Source: a virus. From it: 64,000 bases of DNA. The notes under the pieces are model-generated. The model was not told where the DNA came from. It was given only the letters and a program-made list of their open reading frames with translations, and searched no databases. The DNA is taken from IMG/VR virus record IMGVR_UViG_3300028844_003294, positions 8,153 to 72,152 of that record; one strand, written 5' to 3'. Positions 40,626 through 47,404 of this stretch are shown in pieces; position 1 is the stretch's first letter; each line of letters opens with the position of its first letter. The translations under genes and the position numbers were made by a program.

Positions 40626-41356
40626 TAAATAAATCCTTGATTGTACTGCTTGCCGCTTGTAAATGCATTAAGATCAAACCTTTTTCTTGTTTTTCTGTAT
40701 GTGTACTGTGGTGCTAATTCAATCATAACACTTGTTTCGGTTGGCATCATAGTAGTTGTGCCTTTAAATTTTACTGGAACATAATCAACATCTGCTGGTA
40801 ATTGGAAGTTGTAGTTTCTAATAATTACTGGCAATTTGTTAAATCCAAATTCTCCTAGGTATTCAAATAATAATACTGGAGGTGGTGTTCCGTAGTATCC
40901 ACCTGTTACAGCCGCATCACCGTAATATGCTTTAGTTACACTTCTTAAGAAATGAAATACTGCTAACATATATTGTCCTTCTTCTATTGTGTTTGCTGTA
41001 AACGTACCTGTGATAGGTAGTGTAGTTGGTCTAGAACTTATAAATGTATAAAACGGATAGTTTGAACCGTGTTGTTGTGCTTCGTTATAATCTACTGAGG
41101 CTTGCAAAAATATATCTGGTGTAAACGGATAGACTATACCACCTCTATCTTGTAAAGGTTTAAGTATGCTGTCTTTTTGTTCTTCGCCTTTTGAATCTAC
41201 TAATCCATAGGCAAACTTCTCACCGCCACGTTTTGGCCGTATTCTTGCCCTCCAATCTACGTCTTTAAACGTAGTAGAGTCTGTTCTGCTTATCAACGAG
41301 TCAAACGGATTGTCCGGTGTTTGCGTCTCTTGATTAAATTCTGTTTCGCCTGCCAT
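40625..41356 (-). CDS. Baseplate-tube junction/tube initiator (gp48/gp54-like)
   Basis: GIVYPFTPDI...HGSNYPFY...HFLRSVTKAYYG...GTPPPVL...PVII..Y...LP.DVDY. Confidence 0.6.
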   Translation of the reverse strand: MAGETEFNQETQTPDNPFDSLISRTDSTTFKDVDWRARIRPKRGGEKFAYGLVDSKGEEQKDSILKPLQDRGGIVYPFTPDIFLQASVDYNEAQQHGSNYPFYTFISSRPTTLPITGTFTANTIEEGQYMLAVFHFLRSVTKAYYGDAAVTGGYYGTPPPVLLFEYLGEFGFNKLPVIIRNYNFQLPADVDYVPVKFKGTTTMMPTETSVMIELAPQYTYRKTRKRFDLNAFTSGKQYNQGFI

Positions 41357-41372
41357 AATTGCTCCTGTGTTA

Positions 41373-41404
41373 TATTTATCACGATAAATAATAACGAGTT
41401 TTAA
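41373..41404. promoter_or_regulatory. Back-to-back GATAAATA motifs plus a degenerate palindrome
   Basis: TATTTATC-AC-GATAAATA at 41373-41390; TAATAACGAGTTTTAA at 41389-41404. Confidence 0.6.
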
Positions 41405-41419
41405 TTTTTAAAAAAAACG

Positions 41420-41448
41420 TTGACTTTTGCAAAATAATGTATTATAAT
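41420..41448 (+). promoter_or_regulatory. Sigma70-type promoter
   Basis: TTGACT-17 nt-TATAAT preceded by an A-tract; AAGGAG RBS follows. Confidence 0.85.
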
Positions 41449-41471
41449 GCGTTATCAGTAAAGGAGATTAC

Positions 41472-42338
41472 ATGGTACAGGCTAAGAAACAGAATTATTT
41501 AAACAATAAAGATCTACTAAAAGAAATACATAAAAGTAAGATGACTTATTGCTACATTCAAGATGACAGATACTTAAATGTAGACATCATTGTTGATGAT
41601 GTTAAAAAAATCAACAAAGCAACAATTAAACAGGCACAATTAAACCGTGTTTCTAAAATGCAATCAACTGCTTATCAAGAAGCAGTAGCAAAAGGAGACT
41701 GGGAGAAAAAGCCAAAACAAAAGGACTTTGCAGTTGATCCTGACACTATTCCTGTAGACGAATTAGTGTTTAGGGTAATGACATATGAGCATATTCCTGA
41801 TGAACCTGGAAGAAAGAAAACTACTAAAACTCTTGCTGACACAAAAGCAAAAGTAAACTTCCCACCATTCAAGCACTATATACTTGATAGTAATGGTATC
41901 AATCCTAGGGAAGTTGCTAGAAGTCATTGGGAAGGTAGTTTAAGTAACGGTCAGTTTAATTGTGAACATGGACAGATTACAAATGAACTTGGCAGAATGT
42001 TTATGAAACTTGTTGAACGTTACAGTCAAAGAGGTAACTGGAGAGGTTACACTTATGTTGATGAAATGCGTGGACAAGCATTAGTACAACTTGCTCAGGT
42101 TGGATTGCAGTTCAATGAAGCAAAATCAGATAACCCATTTGCTTATTATACTGCAACAGTGAATAACAGTTTTACAAGAGTTCTAAATTTAGAAAAAAGA
42201 AATCAATCAATACGTGATGACATTCTTATTGAAAGCGGACACTTACCAAGTTATGGTAGACAGATTCAGTACGAAAACGAAATAAAGGCCGCTAGAGAAG
42301 AAGCACAGACCGAACTAGAAACTTCACCACAAGAGTAA
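41472..42338 (+). CDS. gp55: Late transcription sigma factor (T4 gp55-like)
   Basis: NYLNNKDLL.EI; NWRGYTYVDEM; F..AKSDNPFAYYT; located next to gp47/gp46 as in T4. Confidence 0.85.
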   Translation: MVQAKKQNYLNNKDLLKEIHKSKMTYCYIQDDRYLNVDIIVDDVKKINKATIKQAQLNRVSKMQSTAYQEAVAKGDWEKKPKQKDFAVDPDTIPVDELVFRVMTYEHIPDEPGRKKTTKTLADTKAKVNFPPFKHYILDSNGINPREVARSHWEGSLSNGQFNCEHGQITNELGRMFMKLVERYSQRGNWRGYTYVDEMRGQALVQLAQVGLQFNEAKSDNPFAYYTATVNNSFTRVLNLEKRNQSIRDDILIESGHLPSYGRQIQYENEIKAAREEAQTELETSPQE

Positions 42339-42344
42339 TCTTAT

Positions 42345-43361
42345 ATGGCAAACCTTTTTGAAAGGGCCGCATGTTTTACAGATATACATTACGGCTTAAA
42401 ACAAAATAGTAGACAACATTTAAAAGATTGTCATGACTTTGTTGATTGGTTTATTGCAGAAGCAAAAGCCAGAGACGCAGAGACATGTATCTTTTTGGGC
42501 GACTGGCACCACCATAGAGCAAGTATAAACATTGCTACAATGAATGCCACAATTAAAGACCTTAAAAAATTAAATGACAATTTTGAAAAAGTCTATTTTA
42601 TTACTGGCAACCATGATTTATATTACAGAGAAAAACGTGACTTAAACAGTATTGAGTTTGCTAGAGATTTACCAAACTTTATAATGATCGACGAGCATTT
42701 CTGTGAGGACGGTGTTGCAATTATACCATGGTTAGTTGGCGATGAGCACAAACAACTAAACAAACTAGATTGCAAATACATGTTTGGACATTTCGAGTTA
42801 CCGTACTTTAAAATGAATGCAATGGTAGAAATGCCAGATCATGGTGGTATTACTGCAAACGATTTAAGTAACCCCGAATATGTGTTTAGTGGTCACTTTC
42901 ATAAACGTCAATACAAAAACAATATACATTATATAGGCAATGCTTTCCCACATAACTATGCAGATGCTGGTGACAATGAACGTGGTGCTATGTTTTTAGA
43001 TTGGGGTGGCGAACCTGTATATGTAAATTGGCAAGAATGTCCAAAGTATGTCATGACAGGTCTTAAAGAGTTACTTGATAAAGCAGATGATATACTTGAT
43101 GCTCAAACACATGCTAGAGTAAAACTTGATATTGGTATTAGTTACGAAGAAGCAAACTTTATTAGAGAAACATTTGCAGAAAAATACGGAGTAAGAGAAC
43201 TACAACTTTTACCTGTTAAGGAAGAAGAAGAAATTTTTGACGGTGTTGATATACAGTTTGAAAGTGTAGATCAAATTGTTATACAACAATTAGAAACAAT
43301 CGAAAGCAACTTAGTTGATACCCAAAAACTTATTACTATTTACAGAGAGTTAGAAGTATAA
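42345..43361 (+). CDS. gp47: Recombination endonuclease subunit (gp47/Mre11/SbcD-like)
   Basis: Metallophosphoesterase motifs DIHYG, GDWHH, GNHD, GHFE, SGHFH. Confidence 0.93.
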   Translation: MANLFERAACFTDIHYGLKQNSRQHLKDCHDFVDWFIAEAKARDAETCIFLGDWHHHRASINIATMNATIKDLKKLNDNFEKVYFITGNHDLYYREKRDLNSIEFARDLPNFIMIDEHFCEDGVAIIPWLVGDEHKQLNKLDCKYMFGHFELPYFKMNAMVEMPDHGGITANDLSNPEYVFSGHFHKRQYKNNIHYIGNAFPHNYADAGDNERGAMFLDWGGEPVYVNWQECPKYVMTGLKELLDKADDILDAQTHARVKLDIGISYEEANFIRETFAEKYGVRELQLLPVKEEEEIFDGVDIQFESVDQIVIQQLETIESNLVDTQKLITIYRELEV

Positions 43362-45133
43362 TGCTTACTATAAAAAATGTGAGTGCAAAGAACTTTATGA
43401 GTATTGGTAACAATACTCAAGCAGTAAACTTTGACACAGAATCACTAACATTGGTTTTAGGTCACAATCTAGATCTAGGTGGAGACGGTAGCAGAAATGG
43501 TACTGGTAAAACCACTATTATCAATGCACTCAGTTATGCATTATATGGTGATGCACTAACAAACATTCGTAAAGATAATCTCATAAACAAAACAAACGGC
43601 AAAGGCATGATTGTTACTGTTGATTTTGAAATCAACGGCACCGAGTACAGAATTGAAAGAGGTCGTAGGCCAAATGTATTAAAGTTTTTTGTGAATGGGT
43701 CTGAGGCGGCCGATGATGAACAACAGGGTGATAGCAGAGAAACACAAAAAGACATTGAAAAAATAATTGGTTTCCCTCATAATATGTTTAAGCATTTAAT
43801 TGCACTAAACACATATACCGAACCTTTCCTCAGCATGAAAACAAATGATCAACGTGATATGATTGAGCAGTTGCTAGGAATTACTGAAATTAGTTCAAAA
43901 GCAGAAATACTAAAAGAAAAATTAAAGGAAACTCGAGATAGAATTAAAGAAGAAGAGTTGCGAATACAAGCAGTAAACAATGCCAACGAACGTATTGAAA
44001 AAAATATAAAGGACATTGAATTACGTGGTAGAGCATGGGCTAAGAACAAAGAAGACAAGGTTCAACAATTACAAACTAGTCTAGATGCATTACAACAAAC
44101 TGATATCGATGCAGAATTAGAAAACCATAGACAAGCAACAGAAATAAATCAAAAATATACACAAATACAGAGTGTACAAAATGAGGTTAAACAACTTACA
44201 ACTAGTTTAAAACGCAATGAAGGTAACCTTGCAACACTTGTTAAAAATATTAAACTTGCTAAAGAAGGTATATGTCCTGCGTGTGAACAAAGTACAGCAC
44301 ATTTAGATACGCACGAAGAATACACAACGGATTTAGAAACTAAACTAGCAGAAGAAAACTCTTACAGCAAAGAGCTACAAACTAAATTATCAACATGTGA
44401 AAAGCAATTGATTGACTTAGGCGAGTTACCAGAAACACCAATTACATTTTATAACAACATGGAAGATGCATTACAACACATGCATAACGTTGAGACAATA
44501 AAATCTCAAATAGATGAAAAAATTAAAGAACAAAACCCATACACTGAACAAGTTGAACAACTAAAAGAAAATGGTATGGAAGAAATTAGTTACGACTTAA
44601 TAAACGAACAAACTTATTTAAAAGAACACCAAGAATTTTTACACAAATTGTTGACCAGTAAAGATAGTTTTATTCGTAAGAAAATTATTGATCAGAACTT
44701 GCAGTATCTAAACTATAGGCTAGGACACTATTTAGACAAACTAGGCTTACCACATGATGTTAAGTTTAGCAGTGATCTGAGTGTAGAAATTACAGAGTAT
44801 GGCAGAGATTTAGACTTTGATAATTTAAGCAGAGGTGAACGTAACAGACTTATATTAGGTATGAGTTGGGCGTTCAGAGATATCTACGAAAGCCTAAATA
44901 GACCAATGAATTTGATGTGTATAGATGAACTGGTAGACAGTGGCATGGATACCACTGGTGTTGAAAATGCATTGGCAGTTCTTAAGAAGATGGGTCGAGA
45001 AGCAAATAAGAACGTCTTCCTTATATCACATAAGGAAGAACTGCAAGGTCGTGTAAATAACGTCTTGTATGTAATCAAAGAAGGAGGATTCACTAGTTAT
45101 AGCAATGACATTGAAATCCTCGAAGAGACTTAA
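43361..45133 (+). CDS. gp46: Recombination ATPase subunit (gp46/Rad50/SbcC-like)
   Basis: Walker A NGTGKTT, CPAC zinc hook within the coiled coil, LSRGE signature, Walker B MCIDE, ISH. Confidence 0.95.
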   Translation: MLTIKNVSAKNFMSIGNNTQAVNFDTESLTLVLGHNLDLGGDGSRNGTGKTTIINALSYALYGDALTNIRKDNLINKTNGKGMIVTVDFEINGTEYRIERGRRPNVLKFFVNGSEAADDEQQGDSRETQKDIEKIIGFPHNMFKHLIALNTYTEPFLSMKTNDQRDMIEQLLGITEISSKAEILKEKLKETRDRIKEEELRIQAVNNANERIEKNIKDIELRGRAWAKNKEDKVQQLQTSLDALQQTDIDAELENHRQATEINQKYTQIQSVQNEVKQLTTSLKRNEGNLATLVKNIKLAKEGICPACEQSTAHLDTHEEYTTDLETKLAEENSYSKELQTKLSTCEKQLIDLGELPETPITFYNNMEDALQHMHNVETIKSQIDEKIKEQNPYTEQVEQLKENGMEEISYDLINEQTYLKEHQEFLHKLLTSKDSFIRKKIIDQNLQYLNYRLGHYLDKLGLPHDVKFSSDLSVEITEYGRDLDFDNLSRGERNRLILGMSWAFRDIYESLNRPMNLMCIDELVDSGMDTTGVENALAVLKKMGREANKNVFLISHKEELQGRVNNVLYVIKEGGFTSYSNDIEILEET

Positions 45134-45558
45134 TGAGTGCATGGTACTATAAAGGACAAGTAGTAGACGAATTACCCGAAGGTTGTGAAGCCATTGTTTA
45201 TCTTATAACCAATAATACAAATGGTAAGAAATATGTTGGTAAAAAATTAGCAAAGTTCAAAACAACTAAACCTCCCTTAAAAGGAAAAAAGAATAAACGT
45301 AGAGGCACTAAAGAAAGTGACTGGCGTACTTATTGGGGTAGTTCTGATAATTTAAAAGAAGACGTAGAAAAATTAGGTGAAGATAAATTTACCCGTGAAA
45401 TACTTTACTATTGTCCTAGTAGAGGAGTTGCTAGTTACATAGAGGCAAGAGAACAGTTCGAAAGAAAGGTTTTAGAATCAGACGATTATTACAATGGAAT
45501 TATCAATGTTCGAATAGGCGGTTCAAAAATTTTGCGAGAATCTCTTAAAGAGTTATAA
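45133..45558 (+). CDS. Stand-alone GIY-YIG endonuclease (141 aa)
   Basis: AIVYLITN..NGKKYVGKK...YWGS...E..E....YYN; no C-terminal DNA-binding extension. Confidence 0.85.
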   Translation: MSAWYYKGQVVDELPEGCEAIVYLITNNTNGKKYVGKKLAKFKTTKPPLKGKKNKRRGTKESDWRTYWGSSDNLKEDVEKLGEDKFTREILYYCPSRGVASYIEAREQFERKVLESDDYYNGIINVRIGGSKILRESLKEL

Positions 45559-45564
45559 GTATCA

Positions 45565-45950
45565 GTCAAGGCACATTACAGACACCCAGTCAGACTAACA
45601 TAGGCACACACATAGGTCCATACACCACCCCATCGAGGCACATAATATCGATTTCCTTGACAATCCGTTAAACACGGTGCGAGATTCTGGAATGTATGGC
45701 GTAAATGAGATACATACACACGACAACAGTATTAGATGATGCAGGCAATGAAAAACAGCAACCTGCAAATTTGTATAACTGAACTCTACAAGGTTATACA
45801 GGTTTCCGTAAGTGCGAAAGCAGTGACGGTAGTGTAGGGGAGATAAGGCTTACCACTTCCCGTTTAAACACCCGAGTTAGAGATGGCGATGCTCATCATG
45901 ATGACATCATTTTATTCACCCGGCAACGGGTGAATTATGGCTTAACTTTC
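45565..45950 (+). ncRNA. Putative structured non-coding RNA, family not recognised
   Basis: No ORF; GC-richer than the flanks; serial stems with G-U pairs on the plus strand and two GNRA tetraloops (GAAA 45816-45819, GCAA 45923-45926). Confidence 0.6.
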
Positions 45951-46025
45951 ATGATAACCTTTAATAATAAAAATTCTTCTAACAAAAACTGATATGAACG
46001 AAGTGAATGAAGTTTGCAGTTGGAA

Positions 46026-46040
46026 AGATACGAAGTATCT
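46026..46040. repeat. Mini-hairpin AGATAC-GAA-GTATCT
   Basis: Perfect 6-bp inverted repeat with a cGAAg loop between convergent transcription units. Confidence 0.6.
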
Positions 46041-46041
46041 A

Positions 46042-46560
46042 TTAGAAAGACTGTAAATAAGTTATAGTGTCAGAATAACTTTTTCTTAAGTTTAAACTGA
46101 ATAATTTAGTTAGTTCATTTATATTACTATGATCACAACCATGTTTTTTAGTAACATCTAAAATCATTATTTGTTGAGGGTTTATATATTTGTTATGTGA
46201 GGGATCTTCATGAGTTATGTATACAGGAAAATCATTTAGATTAAACAACACATTACATTTTCTAGTAAATGGGTTTCTCCAACCTGTTAAAAAATCTTCA
46301 TGAAGTTGTACTATTTGATTAGGATTTACATTTTCAAATCCTGCACTATGTTCGGGTAATACTTCTATAGGACTTACTGCAAGTTTTATTTTATCTGCAC
46401 AATTTAAATCTTTAACCATTAAAATATCTTGCGTCATGTCAGGCGTGTCTGCTCTATGCATAAAATACTTTTTATCATCTGGTATAGTAGTAGATATTTC
46501 TTCTTCTAAAGACAATAACAAATCTACATCATAATCAAAATTTAATACAGTACTAAACAT
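46042..46560 (-). CDS. Cupin/2OG-Fe(II) oxygenase-like protein
   Basis: VQLHED...RKCNVLFNL...ILDVTKKHG (HxD...H triad on a beta-rich fold). Confidence 0.55.
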   Translation of the reverse strand: MFSTVLNFDYDVDLLLSLEEEISTTIPDDKKYFMHRADTPDMTQDILMVKDLNCADKIKLAVSPIEVLPEHSAGFENVNPNQIVQLHEDFLTGWRNPFTRKCNVLFNLNDFPVYITHEDPSHNKYINPQQIMILDVTKKHGCDHSNINELTKLFSLNLRKSYSDTITYLQSF

Positions 46561-46999
46561 TAAACAACTCCTTTGTTTTATCGTAATTAAGTTTTGTATT
46601 AAGTGTTAAAAATTTGTAATCATAATCATGTCCATTTGTAGAGCCATGCATTTTTTGTGTGTTTATTAAAAACATCTCGCCAGGTGCAAATGTGTGTTTT
46701 TTAGATTCACCGTTATTGCTGTGAAAAATTACAGCATCGGATTCTGACACATTTATTAGTAAATTAGATTTTCTTATGTGATCAGTGTGTGGATCAAGTG
46801 TGCTGTTTGCTGGTATAGTTTCTGCACCAATAAGATAATCGTCGTCTAGATTAAATTCTTCGACAAATTCTTGTGGTAATATATCCTTTAATCTACCAAC
46901 AGGAAAAACACACTGAACTATGTTATTATATTCAAATTCCCAACGTCCGTGACCTTGTAATTGCTGTAGGTTAGTAAAAATATCCTTGTACATTTGCAT
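46553..46999 (-). CDS. Cupin/2OG-Fe(II) oxygenase-like protein
   Basis: LDPHTD.IRKSNLLINV...FLINTQKMHGSTN; CATAAATA at 47001-47008 upstream. Confidence 0.6.
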   Translation of the reverse strand: MQMYKDIFTNLQQLQGHGRWEFEYNNIVQCVFPVGRLKDILPQEFVEEFNLDDDYLIGAETIPANSTLDPHTDHIRKSNLLINVSESDAVIFHSNNGESKKHTFAPGEMFLINTQKMHGSTNGHDYDYKFLTLNTKLNYDKTKELFNV

Positions 47000-47039
47000 A
47001 TATTTATGGTAAAAATTGCCACTTTTCTTGGTAAAATGG

Positions 47040-47067
47040 TTGACTTTTCACACTATTTTAGTATAAT
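47040..47067 (+). promoter_or_regulatory. Sigma70-type promoter
   Basis: TTGACT-16 nt-TATAAT; AGGAG RBS follows. Confidence 0.75.
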
Positions 47068-47095
47068 AGTATGTATTGTTAGGAGTAACAGAAAC

Positions 47096-47404
47096 ATGAA
47101 AATAACGGTATTACAAGAAGTAACAGATTGGCCTTATAAGGGTGTGTATCACGTGAATGGCTCTAACGAGTTAGTGGCATATCAAGCCAGTTTAAAGGCA
47201 CCAGAAAAGGTGTTTAAGAACCCAATTAAGCAATTTTCTAAATCTCATAGAAAGTTTGAAACTATTAGACAGTATGAGATAGAAAACAATGACCCTAATG
47301 TAATTGAGGTTATTGGATCAAATGGCAATGTTTACACTATCAGAGATGGTAAGTGTAGTTGCCCAGGTTACACATACAGAGGAAACTGTAAACATGTTAA
47401 ATAA
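47096..47404 (+). CDS. SWIM zinc-finger protein
   Basis: VIGSNGNVYTI...CSCPGYTYRGNCKH; AGGAG RBS. Confidence 0.85.
   Translation: MKITVLQEVTDWPYKGVYHVNGSNELVAYQASLKAPEKVFKNPIKQFSKSHRKFETIRQYEIENNDPNVIEVIGSNGNVYTIRDGKCSCPGYTYRGNCKHVK

Noticed and set aside
45133-45558. GIY-YIG gene as a mobile homing endonuclease
   Set aside because: It lacks NUMOD/HTH DNA-binding domains, interrupts no gene and is coupled to gp46 by TAATG, so it was not called a mobile element.
45559-46041. CRISPR array, tRNA, tmRNA, RNase P RNA or group I intron as the identity of the non-coding region
   Set aside because: The repeats are only 7 nt and no cas genes are present; there is no cloverleaf or T-loop, no RNase P signature that I can see, and the flanking genes are intact rather than split.
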